NCBI GenBank assembly: GCA_027488495.1
Contig: JAIYBO010000006.1
Location: forward strand, 1 to 47,216
Direction: 5' to 3'
Length of the DNA stretch: 47,216 nt
From: Bacteroidota bacterium
GTDB lineage: Bacteria; Bacteroidota; Bacteroidia; NS11-12g; UBA955
Below, piece after piece: positions 1 through 9,316 of this stretch. Each line of letters opens with the position of its first letter. The stretch's first letter is position 1. A program made the translations under genes and the position numbers. Under the pieces are notes generated by a model, which searched no databases, was not told the origin of the DNA, and saw only the letters and a program-made list of their open reading frames with translations.

Positions 1-2460
1 CTCACGGTAGAAAGCATGGGTGCCCAAAGCATCCGCGAAACCCCCGCATCAGATTTTTACGAAGCCCTCGGCCACCTAAAAGGCGTAGATGTTACCAGTG
101 CTAGCCTCGGTTTCCGAATCGTAAATACCCGCGGCTTCAACAGCACCAGTCCAGTAAGAACGTTGCAAGTGATCGATGGGGTGGATAACCAATCACCCGG
201 GCTCAACTTCTCCCTTGGCAACTTCCTAGGAGCGAGCGAGTTGGATGTCATCAACCAAGAAATCGTTGTGGGTGCATCCAGTGCCTATTACGGTCCAGGT
301 GCTTTCAATGGCGTGATCTCCATGACCACCAAAGACCCCTTTAAGTACCAAGGACTCCAAGTGAAACAAAAAGTGGGCGAGCGCAGACTCACCGAAACCG
401 CTGTGAGATTTGCCAAAGCCTTTGGAAAAGCCGGACAAGAAAAGTGGGCGATGAAAGCCAACCTATTTTACATGCAAGCCTACGATTGGGAAGCCGATAA
501 CATGGATGCAGTAAAATCAGGTTCTCCCCAAGACAGCGTCAACAACATCTTGAATCCCGGCGGCTATGATGCCGTGAATCGCTACGGCGATGAAATTCTC
601 AGACCCGGCGAAAACGATGCCACCGCCCGTTCTCAAAAATGGGATTATCCCGGTTTGATGCGATTCCACCGCCAAGGCTACGAAGAAAAAGACATTGTAG
701 ATTACAACACCTACAACTTCAAAACTTCTTTCATGACCGCCTACAGACCCAAGCCCACCGGGATGCGTCAGTTCGAATACCAAGTCAATTACGGCATGGG
801 TACCACGGTGTATCAAGGCGATAACCGTTATAGTTTGCGCGATATCAAGTTTTTACAAAATCGATTGGAGTACAAAGACAAAAATGGATTCCTCCGCGTG
901 TATGCCACCCACGAAGACGCTGGTAGAACTTACGACGCTGTTTTCACGGCCTTGCTCATGCAAAAAGCGGCCAAACGCGACGATTTATGGGGCGGTGATT
1001 ACTACTCCTTGTGGAAAAGCAAGTTCGTGCCCCAATTGAAAAAACGCCCTGGCTACCCAACCGGAGATTGGTTTTCAAACCCCAATTGGTTCACTGAACT
1101 CGATGCCCTGATGGCAAACAACCAAGATTTGCTCACCAAATGGCACCAAGAGTGCGCAGGACTTGCCGATAGAAAAAATGATTGGCAAGGCAGACCGCAT
1201 TTCGAACAACCCAATACCTATGATCGCTTCCAACCAGGCACAGATCGCTACGATTCACTGAAAAATGCCATCACCTCGCTGAAGAGTTTTGGTGAAGGTG
1301 GCAGTGGTTTCTTCGACAAGAGCGCGCTCTACCACATACAAGGCGAACACAAATTCAAATTGGCCGATAAAACCAACCTCACCACCGGATTTTCTGGCAG
1401 GTTGTATCGCCCCAATTCCATGGGAACGATCTTTTCAGACACAAACGGCCGCGTGATTCGCAACCACGAATTTGGTGCTTATGCGGGTATCGAACAACGC
1501 TCCAGCAACAACAAAGTGAAAATCAATGCCACAGTAAGGGTTGATAAAAATCAAAACTTCAACTACATCTTCTCCCCCGCCGCATCCATGGTGTACACAC
1601 CGAATAAAATCACCTATTACCGCGTGAGTTTGTCTGCTGGAGTGAGAAACCCCACTCTGGCCGATCAATACCTTTACTACAATGTGGGAAGAGCCATTTT
1701 GTTGGGTAACATCACCGGCTACGATAGCATGGTTACCCTGCCTTCTTTATACGATGCGTTGAGTGGACTAACCACAGATTTGAAAAAACTGCAGTGGTTT
1801 GGTGTTGACCCTGTTCGACCAGAAAAAGTAAAGAGCATAGAAATCGGTTACAAATCCTTCTTGCTTGCCAACAAGCTCAACATTGATGCCTCGGCCTATT
1901 ACAGCTATTACGAAGACTTTATTGGCTATAAAATTGGCATAGACCCTACCATTGACTATTCCATCAATTACATCAGTGGCGGACAGGTATATCGCATTGC
2001 AACGAACGCAGAGAGCACTGTAACAACCACCGGAATTAGCATAGGAACCAACTATTTCTTCGCAAAGAATTACACGGCCGGGGTAAATTATTCCTTCAAT
2101 CAATTGAATAAAACCAATACGTTGGACCCCATCATCCCTGCCTTTAACACTCCCAAACACAAGTACAATGTTTCCATTGGTGGTCAAAATTTGGAGATCA
2201 AAAAATTCAAAATTCAGAACCTTGGATTCAACATCAACTACAAATGGGTGCAAGGCTTTCGATTCGAAGGAAGCCCTCAGTTTACTGGAGATGTGCCCAC
2301 CTACTTCTTGCTCGATTGCATGATTTCAAAGGTGGTCCCCAAATACAAAGCCATGATCAAAATGGGCGCCAGCAACCTCACAAACAACAAAGTGATGCAA
2401 GTGTATGGCGGACCAAGAATTGGTAGAATGGCATACTTTTCTGTATATTTCGACCTGTAA
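1..2460 (+). CDS. TonB-dependent receptor, 5'-truncated by the window edge
   Basis: The reading frame is open from nt 1 (LTVES precedes the first Met). Plug-domain-like blocks are present (ALGHLKGVDVTSASLGFRIVNTRGFNS, LQVIDGVDNQ), followed by a long Y/N/G-rich beta-barrel region ending GRMAYFSVYFDL. Confidence 0.8.
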   Translation, partial: LTVESMGAQSIRETPASDFYEALGHLKGVDVTSASLGFRIVNTRGFNSTSPVRTLQVIDGVDNQSPGLNFSLGNFLGASELDVINQEIVVGASSAYYGPGAFNGVISMTTKDPFKYQGLQVKQKVGERRLTETAVRFAKAFGKAGQEKWAMKANLFYMQAYDWEADNMDAVKSGSPQDSVNNILNPGGYDAVNRYGDEILRPGENDATARSQKWDYPGLMRFHRQGYEEKDIVDYNTYNFKTSFMTAYRPKPTGMRQFEYQVNYGMGTTVYQGDNRYSLRDIKFLQNRLEYKDKNGFLRVYATHEDAGRTYDAVFTALLMQKAAKRDDLWGGDYYSLWKSKFVPQLKKRPGYPTGDWFSNPNWFTELDALMANNQDLLTKWHQECAGLADRKNDWQGRPHFEQPNTYDRFQPGTDRYDSLKNAITSLKSFGEGGSGFFDKSALYHIQGEHKFKLADKTNLTTGFSGRLYRPNSMGTIFSDTNGRVIRNHEFGAYAGIEQRSSNNKVKINATVRVDKNQNFNYIFSPAASMVYTPNKITYYRVSLSAGVRNPTLADQYLYYNVGRAILLGNITGYDSMVTLPSLYDALSGLTTDLKKLQWFGVDPVRPEKVKSIEIGYKSFLLANKLNIDASAYYSYYEDFIGYKIGIDPTIDYSINYISGGQVYRIATNAESTVTTTGISIGTNYFFAKNYTAGVNYSFNQLNKTNTLDPIIPAFNTPKHKYNVSIGGQNLEIKKFKIQNLGFNINYKWVQGFRFEGSPQFTGDVPTYFLLDCMISKVVPKYKAMIKMGASNLTNNKVMQVYGGPRIGRMAYFSVYFDL

Positions 2461-2490
2461 TTGAAATACAATAAGTTAAAATCAATTCCT

Positions 2491-2498
2491 TAAGTTTG
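2491..2498 (+). promoter_or_regulatory. Bacteroidota sigma-A -7 box (TAAGTTTG, consensus TAnnTTTG)
   Basis: Exact match to TAnnTTTG, with 22 nt between the motif and the ATG at 2521, inside a 60-nt AT-rich intergenic spacer. Confidence 0.45.
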
Positions 2499-2520
2499 TA
2501 AAAAACCAAAATTAAATAAT

Positions 2521-4056
2521 ATGAAAAAAACATTACTCGCCGCTTTGACAGTTGTGTTGGTTTCAAATGCTTTTTCCCAAATCAAATATGTGGATGAAGT
2601 TTTGACTGCCGACAAGATCAAGGTTACAAAAAACGTGACTTATGGTGACAACTACACCGTTCTCACAGGGACTCCCACATTAACTAGCACTGTGTCTATG
2701 GCACCCGGTTATGGATTTGTGGCAATGACTGCAGACATCTACGAACCCCAAGATGGCGCAAGCAATCGCCCTTTGATCATCTTCACACACACCGGTTCTT
2801 TCTTACCCCGCTACTCTAACAACAGCCCCGTGGGTTACAAAGACGACAGTGCCACTGTGGCTTTCTGTATGTCGTTGGCAAAACGTGGTTATGTGGTTGC
2901 TTCTATGACTTACCGCATGGGTTGGAACCCTGCCGCTGCCACTGTTGACGCACGTAAACAAGGTATCATCAACGCCGCTTACAAAGGTGTTCAAGATTTG
3001 GCCACTTGCGTTCGTTTCATGAAAAAGAGCGTGAAAGAAGGTGGTAACCCTTACAACATCGATACCACCAAAATTGCTGTAGGTGGAAACGGTACAGGTG
3101 GTTACATCACCAGCGCGTACTCTGCGATTGACCGTCAGAGCGAAATCAAAAGCATCAAATTCCGCGATGCCACTACAGGAAAAGTAATGGTTAACGATAC
3201 CATGTGGGGTGACCGCTTCGGTATTGGTGTAAACAACCCAGCAATGGGTATGTTCTGCAAATCCAACCACGTTGGTTACACATCAAACGCCCGTTTGGCT
3301 TTTGCCATTGGTGGTGCCATTGGTGACTCTGCTTGGATGGAAGCCGGTGAAATTCCTTTGATCTGGACCCACTCTGTAAGCGATCCATTTGCTCCTTACA
3401 CCACCGGTATGGTAAACGTACCTGGTACTACCCTCCAAGTAGTTGAAGTAAGTGGTGGCTTCGACGCCATGTCTCGCTGTCAGCGTTTGGGTAACACCGC
3501 ACCTTACAAAGGCAAAGTGATGGATGATTATACCCGTGAAGCCAACAAGTTGAACAAAGGCGTTGATGGTTTATTCCCAATCGCCGGCTTGGCCAACGCA
3601 TCTGGCCCATATGAGTGGTACGACACCACCAAAATCAAAATGTTGCCAAACCCTCCTTACAATCCCACAGTGATTTTGGCGGGCATTAAAGCATCAAACC
3701 CATTCCAAAGCAAAACCAAAGCGATGAAATATGTAGATTCAGTAATGGGCTACATGGCGCCTCGTATTGCGGTTACTTTGGGCTTAGTAGCTTCAGTAGG
3801 TATCGAAAACACCAACTTGGCCACCAACGTAACATTGGCTCCAAACCCTACCAAAAACCAATTGATCATTCATAACAACTGGGACAACCGCACTTTGGTT
3901 GCTGCTAGCTTGGTAGATATCAATGGCAAAGTAGTTCGTGAATTCGCCATCAATGGCAACCACAACGTATACGAATTGAACGTTCCAACTGGCATTTATG
4001 TAGTTAGAATGCAATTCAACGACGGTGTAGGAAGCAGCAAGTTGATGGTTGACTAA
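2521..4056 (+). CDS. Secreted alpha/beta-hydrolase-fold (esterase-like) protein with a T9SS C-terminal sorting domain
   Basis: Signal peptide MKKTLLAALTVVLVSNAFSQ. Esterase-like layout: DIYEP..RPLIIFTHTGSF, then KIAVGGNGTGGYITS. The C-terminal roughly 75 aa (LAPNPTKNQLII...INGKVV...GIYVVRMQFNDG...KLMVD) look like a Por secretion tail. Confidence 0.65.
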   Translation: MKKTLLAALTVVLVSNAFSQIKYVDEVLTADKIKVTKNVTYGDNYTVLTGTPTLTSTVSMAPGYGFVAMTADIYEPQDGASNRPLIIFTHTGSFLPRYSNNSPVGYKDDSATVAFCMSLAKRGYVVASMTYRMGWNPAAATVDARKQGIINAAYKGVQDLATCVRFMKKSVKEGGNPYNIDTTKIAVGGNGTGGYITSAYSAIDRQSEIKSIKFRDATTGKVMVNDTMWGDRFGIGVNNPAMGMFCKSNHVGYTSNARLAFAIGGAIGDSAWMEAGEIPLIWTHSVSDPFAPYTTGMVNVPGTTLQVVEVSGGFDAMSRCQRLGNTAPYKGKVMDDYTREANKLNKGVDGLFPIAGLANASGPYEWYDTTKIKMLPNPPYNPTVILAGIKASNPFQSKTKAMKYVDSVMGYMAPRIAVTLGLVASVGIENTNLATNVTLAPNPTKNQLIIHNNWDNRTLVAASLVDINGKVVREFAINGNHNVYELNVPTGIYVVRMQFNDGVGSSKLMVD

Positions 4057-4104
4057 ACCACACAAAGAATATCACCATTTATGGTGAATTGTTAATGTCC
4101 TTTC

Positions 4105-4140
4105 AAGGGGCGGCTTTGTGCCGCCCCTTGTTTATTTATA
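4105..4140 (+). terminator. Rho-independent terminator
   Basis: Perfect 10-bp GC-rich stem aaggggcggc (4105-4114) / gccgcccctt (4120-4129) with loop tttgt, followed by gtttatttat. It lies 49 nt after the stop at 4056. Confidence 0.8.
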
Positions 4141-4174
4141 CCAAGTATTAATAACACATTGCAAAGAATATTAA

Positions 4175-4199
4175 ATTCAATTATCTCACATTCAATTAT
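4175..4199. repeat. 10-bp direct repeat attcaattat x2, 15 bp start-to-start
   Basis: attcaattat at 4175-4184 and again at 4190-4199, in the AT-rich spacer 25 nt upstream of the ATG at 4224. Possibly an operator or promoter element. Confidence 0.35.
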
Positions 4200-4223
4200 T
4201 TATTTAGTTTTACAAACTCATTC

Positions 4224-5522
4224 ATGACACGATATCTCCTCGGCATCTTCTTGGTATTTTTGTTAACCACTGGTTGTAATAGTGCCTTTCGGGCCAATTC
4301 AACATTCATTCGTGTATCGCCCCCAGTGGCAAAATATCTGCAACACAAAGAAGTGGTGATTCATAACAATGACAGCAGGAAAGACATTTATAGAAAAGTA
4401 AGCATCGAAGTGCCACGAGAATCAGATTCTCTATATCGATTGAAATTCAAAAAGATCAAAGGCGAAACCATCATCTTAGAAATTACAGACTCTTTCCAGA
4501 ACATCAAAAATGTGGCGATCCCTCAATCAAAATTAAGGGCTTATCCCGTTATGCTGTCAACCACAATATTTCCCGTTACGGGATTTGGCTTGGCTTCCGT
4601 TGAAGGAAAAAGAAAACCGGTTGCAGAAACCATTGTGTTTTTAGTGGGATTTTTATCTGTAACAACAGATTTGATTGCCATTCCCCTTTCCCAACCACTT
4701 TTCCCTCATCATTCATATGCGGTTCCCCATGAATTTACCCTCAAAAATATTGCCGACGTTACACCTGTATATCGCAGAAACTCAGAAGATTTATTCGAAA
4801 TACCCAAGCCCATCAACCCCAACCCTTCTGCGTTTCTAAATAAAAATTACCAAAAAACCCGGAGATTCAATGCCCAATTCAACATGGGTTATGGAATACC
4901 CGATTACACAAAATTATCTACAGACGACTTACTAAAACGTTCATCAAGAATGAAAGCCTCACCCTGGATGAATGGCGAGTTTAATATGCAAACATCACCA
5001 AAATTTCAATGGGGATTTTATTCAGCTGCCAGTGTGGAACCAACCACAAAAAGCAGTGTTTCGGCACTTCAAATGGGTTTCATCCAACAAATTCAACCCA
5101 ATGCCCAAATCATCTTCGGTGTTGGTGCGGGATTGGGATCTTTCACCCGATTAGAAGGAAATAACTTCACGGATTCAATCAATCGGTATAACAACAAAAT
5201 ACTTCGTGGTGATAGTTTGTTGCATACCACCTATACCTTCAAACCCGATGAAAAGCACAATTTCATGCCTATCACATTATACCTTCAATACTCTCATAAA
5301 TTGCATCGCTATGTGAATTTCAATGTTGGGCTAAGAGCGACGAAATTCAATTCGTACTTTGATTACACCAAAACCCAAGTACTCAAAAACTCTGAAACGA
5401 TCGCCCCTGGCATCATCGCACTTCGGTCACAAATAATCGGTGAACCCCAGGAAGAACTCACCAAAACAAAAAATATCCTTTACCAAATGCAATTGGGATT
5501 CACCTTTACACTCAACCCCTAA
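4224..5522 (+). CDS. Hypothetical lipoprotein with a C-terminal beta-barrel-like region
   Basis: Lipobox FLLTTGC at the N-terminus. Two internal hydrophobic stretches (YPVMLSTTIFPVTGFGLASV, ETIVFLVGFLSVTTDLIAIPL) are separated by EGKRKP. The C-terminal half has alternating-polarity strands ending YQMQLGFTFTLNP. I recognise no family. Confidence 0.6.
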   Translation: MTRYLLGIFLVFLLTTGCNSAFRANSTFIRVSPPVAKYLQHKEVVIHNNDSRKDIYRKVSIEVPRESDSLYRLKFKKIKGETIILEITDSFQNIKNVAIPQSKLRAYPVMLSTTIFPVTGFGLASVEGKRKPVAETIVFLVGFLSVTTDLIAIPLSQPLFPHHSYAVPHEFTLKNIADVTPVYRRNSEDLFEIPKPINPNPSAFLNKNYQKTRRFNAQFNMGYGIPDYTKLSTDDLLKRSSRMKASPWMNGEFNMQTSPKFQWGFYSAASVEPTTKSSVSALQMGFIQQIQPNAQIIFGVGAGLGSFTRLEGNNFTDSINRYNNKILRGDSLLHTTYTFKPDEKHNFMPITLYLQYSHKLHRYVNFNVGLRATKFNSYFDYTKTQVLKNSETIAPGIIALRSQIIGEPQEELTKTKNILYQMQLGFTFTLNP

Positions 5523-5523
5523 A

Positions 5524-5925
5524 ATGAAATCTACCATCAAACTCACCCTACTTTCATTGCTAGTACTCACCATTTCTGCTTGTGACCCTTGGTACATAGA
5601 AGAAAGAACTTTTCGCATTCTTCAAATACTTCAAAACAATCAAACCAATACCGTGTACAGCAAAGTCATGGTGAGCTTGGGAGGTACTAATCAAATTGGC
5701 ATATACGAAAGAGATACGTTTTATATTGACCGATCCATTTCACCCGGCGATACAGCCCAAATACTAGTGGAAGATGTAATGGCATCCAGGTTTAATTTCG
5801 TGGATACAGTGAACATCGATGTTACCCTCACCGACTCCCAACAATTCCAAGCCAGCTTCCAAAGGACCTTCAAGAGAAATCAAAATCTCAAGGACAACAA
5901 TTTCGTTGAAACCGTTCGATTTTAA
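5524..5925 (+). CDS. Small hypothetical lipoprotein (133 aa)
   Basis: The internal ATG at 5524 gives MKSTIKLTLLSLLVLTISAC (signal peptide plus lipobox). It starts 1 nt after the upstream stop (TAAAATG). The longer 5440 start would overlap the upstream gene by 83 nt and adds no signal peptide. Confidence 0.6.
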   Translation: MKSTIKLTLLSLLVLTISACDPWYIEERTFRILQILQNNQTNTVYSKVMVSLGGTNQIGIYERDTFYIDRSISPGDTAQILVEDVMASRFNFVDTVNIDVTLTDSQQFQASFQRTFKRNQNLKDNNFVETVRF

Positions 5926-5974
5926 TCGTCCTTTACATTGCCCCGCATGGGCATCACTTTCCCGTAGAATTCAG

Positions 5975-5982
5975 TAAATTTG
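5975..5982 (+). promoter_or_regulatory. Bacteroidota -7 box (TAAATTTG)
   Basis: Exact TAnnTTTG match, with 22 nt between the motif and the ileS ATG at 6005. Confidence 0.45.
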
Positions 5983-6004
5983 TACTTTTTCAGTACAACT
6001 ACGA

Positions 6005-9000
6005 ATGTATCCTACACTCAAACAATTGAATTGGCCGCAAATTGAAGCGGAAATCCTCGCTTTTTGGGAGCAAGAATCTGTGTTCCAACAAAGCGTTGAC
6101 CAACGCGACGGTGCGCCAAGTTTTACCTTCTTCGAAGGGCCTCCGAGCGCCAACGGCATGCCCGGCATTCACCACGTGATGGCCCGCGCAATCAAGGATA
6201 TTTTCTGTAGGTACAAAACCCAACAAGGATTCCGCGTGGCCCGAAAAGGCGGCTGGGATACCCATGGACTGCCCATCGAACTGCAAGTAGAAAAGCGTTT
6301 GGGTATCAAAAAGGAAGACATCGGCACAAAAATCTCCATGGAAGATTACAACAAAGAGTGCAGAGCCGATGTACTCATGTTCAAAGACCGTTGGGACGAC
6401 CTCACCAAACAAATTGGGTATTGGGTAGACCTCGACAACCCCTACATCACCTACGAAAACAATTACATCGAAAGCCTGTGGCACCTGCTCAAACAGCTCC
6501 ACGAAAAAGGCTTCTTATACAAAGGTTACACCATCCAACCCTTTTCACCCGCGGCAGGAACCGGCCTATCGAGCCATGAACTCAACCAACCCGGCACCTA
6601 CCAAAACGTGAAAGACACCACCATCGTGGCCCAGTTTCAAGTGCAAGGTACGGAGGATGAGTATTTTCTCGCATGGACAACCACCCCTTGGACATTGCCC
6701 AGCAACACGGCATTGGCGGTGGGAAAAGACATCGATTACGACCAAATAGAGACTTTCAATCCATACACTGGTGCCAAGATCAAAGTCACTCTGGCATCGG
6801 CCCTGGTAGGAAGGTATTTCAGCGCCGAAGGCGCTGAAGCCCCCCTGGAAAATTATACCCCACAGCAAAAAATCCTCCCCTGGAGAAAACTCCATACCCA
6901 AAAAGGCTCCGCCCTGGAAGGAACCCGCTACAACCAACTCCTCCCCTATGCCCAACCCGAAGAAGGCGACGCCTTCCGAGTGGTCATAGGCGACTTCGTA
7001 TCCACCGAGGATGGTACCGGTATCGTGCACATCGCACCAAGCTTCGGTGCCGACGATTTTAAAACAGCCCGCGAAAATGGCATCGGCGCCCTCACACTGG
7101 TAGATAAAAAAGGTAAATTCCTTGATTGCGTAACCGACTTCCCCGGCGAATACGTTAAAGAAGCCTACCTCACCGAAGAAGAAAAAGCCGCAGAAGCCCA
7201 AAAGCAAGGGCGTGATAAATACCTCGGCGTGGATGAGCGCATCGCCATCAAACTCAAACAAGAAAACAAAGCCTTCAAGGTTGAAAAATACGAGCACACC
7301 TACCCCCACTGCTGGCGTACCGATAAACCCATCCTCTATTACCCCCTCGAGAGCTGGTTCGTGCGCACCACCGCGGTGAAAGATCGCCTGGTAGAACTCA
7401 ACAAAACCATCAACTGGAAGCCCGCTTCCACCGGCGAAGGCAGATTCGGCAACTGGCTCGAAAACCTCGTGGATTGGAACCTCTCCCGCTCACGATTCTG
7501 GGGAACCCCCCTGCCCATCTGGCGCACCGAAGACGGCACCGAAGAAATTTGCATCGGCAGCATCGATGAACTCAACAAAGAAATCGAAAAAGCCAACCAA
7601 GTGCTCGGCCTCAACCAATCCGCCGAATCACTCACCCAAGACCTCCACCGCCCATACGTAGACCGCATCACCCTGGTGAGCCCCTCCGGCAAAGCCATGA
7701 CGCGCGAACTCGACCTCATCGATGTTTGGTTCGATAGCGGGGCGATGCCCTATGCCCAATGGCACTATCCCTTCGAAAATCAAGACGTTTTCAAGCAAAA
7801 CTTCCCCGCAGATTTCATCGCAGAAGGCGTAGACCAAACCCGTGGATGGTTCTTTACCCTCCACGCCATCAGTACCCTCCTGTTCGATGAAGTGGCCTTC
7901 AAAAACGTGATCGCCAACGGACTCGTGCTCGATAAAAACGGCAACAAGATGAGCAAACGCCTCGGAAATGCCATCGATCCTTTCGAAACCGTGGCCAAAT
8001 ACGGCGCCGATGCCGTGCGTTGGTACATGGTCACCAATGCGCAGCCTTGGGACAATCTCAAGTTCGATATGGACGGTGTGGTTGAATCTCAGCGAAAATT
8101 CTTGGGTACCCTCTACAATACCTATGGATTCTTCGCCATCTACGCCAACCTCGATCAATACAATTTTGATGCGAACAATACCGTGGATCCCGTTCACTTC
8201 AGTGAAATGGATCGATGGATCCTGAGCAAACTCAACTCCCTCATCCTAGAGGTGGAAACCGCCCTCAACGATTACGACCCCACCCGCGCCGGTAGGGCCA
8301 TCGAAGATTTTGTGGGCGAGCAACTCTCCAATTGGTATGTACGACTTTCAAGACGCAGATTCTGGAAAGGTGAGCTCAACAACGATAAAAAAGCGGCCTA
8401 CGAAACCCTCTATCGCTGCCTCAACACCGTTACTCAGCTTACCGCGCCCATCGCGCCGTTCTTCAGCGATTGGTTGTACCGCGCCCTCAATACAGCAGGC
8501 ATCGCCCAAAACACCGTGCCAAGCAGCGTGCACCTAACCACATGGCCCATAGCCGATGAAAGTGCCGTGAATCCCAAATTGGAGCATTCCATGGCCCTGG
8601 CACAACAAGTCTGCAGCCTGGTGCTGAGCTTGCGGAAGAAAGAGAAAATCAAGGTGCGACAGCCCCTGCAGAAAATCCTGTTCCCCGCAGATAAACCCGA
8701 TGTCAAAGAAGCCGTTCAACACATGAGCGAACTCATCTGCTCGGAAGTGAATGTAAAAGAAATCGAATTTGTATCGGCCAATCACCCCAGCCTGGTGAAA
8801 AGCATCAAACCCAATTTCAAAACCCTTGGCAAAAAATTGGGCGGTGAAATGAAAGCCATGGCAGCCATCGTACAAAGCTTCTCTCAAGAACAAATCAGAG
8901 AACTCGAAAACAACGGCGCCCTCAGCGTTACACTCAACGGAAACCCCACCGATTTGCTCATCGAAGACGTGGAAATTGCCACCCAAGATATGCCCGGTTG

Positions 9001-9313
9001 GCTCGTTGCATCTGAAAATTCAACCACAGTTGCCCTAGATATCACCATCTCCGAAGACCTTCACCAAGAGGGCATCGCCAGAGAATTTGTGAACCGCGTG
9101 CAAAACCTGCGCAAAGACATTGGCCTGGACTTAACAGACAGAATCCATGTACTTTACAAAGCAGATCCTGCCATCAAAAAGAGCGTAAACCATTTTAACA
9201 CTTATATTTGTGGCGAAGTATTGGCCCTGTCGATCCAAGAAACCGAAGACGACAGTGAACATGTACTCGATGTTTACGAATACCCCGTGCACATCCAATT
9301 AATGAAAGTTTAA
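6005..9313 (+). CDS. ileS: Isoleucine--tRNA ligase (long, type-2-like form)
   Basis: FFEGPPSANGMPGIHHV (HIGH region), KMSKRLGN (KMSKS), WTTTPWTLPSN (editing domain), 1102 aa. Confidence 0.95.
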   Translation: MYPTLKQLNWPQIEAEILAFWEQESVFQQSVDQRDGAPSFTFFEGPPSANGMPGIHHVMARAIKDIFCRYKTQQGFRVARKGGWDTHGLPIELQVEKRLGIKKEDIGTKISMEDYNKECRADVLMFKDRWDDLTKQIGYWVDLDNPYITYENNYIESLWHLLKQLHEKGFLYKGYTIQPFSPAAGTGLSSHELNQPGTYQNVKDTTIVAQFQVQGTEDEYFLAWTTTPWTLPSNTALAVGKDIDYDQIETFNPYTGAKIKVTLASALVGRYFSAEGAEAPLENYTPQQKILPWRKLHTQKGSALEGTRYNQLLPYAQPEEGDAFRVVIGDFVSTEDGTGIVHIAPSFGADDFKTARENGIGALTLVDKKGKFLDCVTDFPGEYVKEAYLTEEEKAAEAQKQGRDKYLGVDERIAIKLKQENKAFKVEKYEHTYPHCWRTDKPILYYPLESWFVRTTAVKDRLVELNKTINWKPASTGEGRFGNWLENLVDWNLSRSRFWGTPLPIWRTEDGTEEICIGSIDELNKEIEKANQVLGLNQSAESLTQDLHRPYVDRITLVSPSGKAMTRELDLIDVWFDSGAMPYAQWHYPFENQDVFKQNFPADFIAEGVDQTRGWFFTLHAISTLLFDEVAFKNVIANGLVLDKNGNKMSKRLGNAIDPFETVAKYGADAVRWYMVTNAQPWDNLKFDMDGVVESQRKFLGTLYNTYGFFAIYANLDQYNFDANNTVDPVHFSEMDRWILSKLNSLILEVETALNDYDPTRAGRAIEDFVGEQLSNWYVRLSRRRFWKGELNNDKKAAYETLYRCLNTVTQLTAPIAPFFSDWLYRALNTAGIAQNTVPSSVHLTTWPIADESAVNPKLEHSMALAQQVCSLVLSLRKKEKIKVRQPLQKILFPADKPDVKEAVQHMSELICSEVNVKEIEFVSANHPSLVKSIKPNFKTLGKKLGGEMKAMAAIVQSFSQEQIRELENNGALSVTLNGNPTDLLIEDVEIATQDMPGWLVASENSTTVALDITISEDLHQEGIAREFVNRVQNLRKDIGLDLTDRIHVLYKADPAIKKSVNHFNTYICGEVLALSIQETEDDSEHVLDVYEYPVHIQLMKV

Positions 9314-9316
9314 GTC

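Noticed and set aside
5440-5523. N-terminal extensions offered by the maximal ORFs: 5440 for the small lipoprotein, 44439 for purK, 43304 for the barrel gene, 44625 for the CNNM gene and 28480 for the M1 peptidase.
   Set aside because: The internal ATGs give proper signal peptides or the canonical PurK N-terminus, remove the long overlaps with neighbours, and in several cases sit just downstream of a TAnnTTTG box. The extensions have no homology-like content.
6566-7309. Long antisense ORFs inside housekeeping genes: 247 aa opposite ileS here, plus 32295-32987 opposite bamA, 13892-14563 opposite the TonB receptor and 21558-22256 across the E1/metH junction.
   Set aside because: I checked codon alignment only for the ileS case, where the same artefact applies. 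For the others I assume it without checking. All have G/V/F- or H/Q-rich low-complexity translations, and each overlaps a confidently identified gene.
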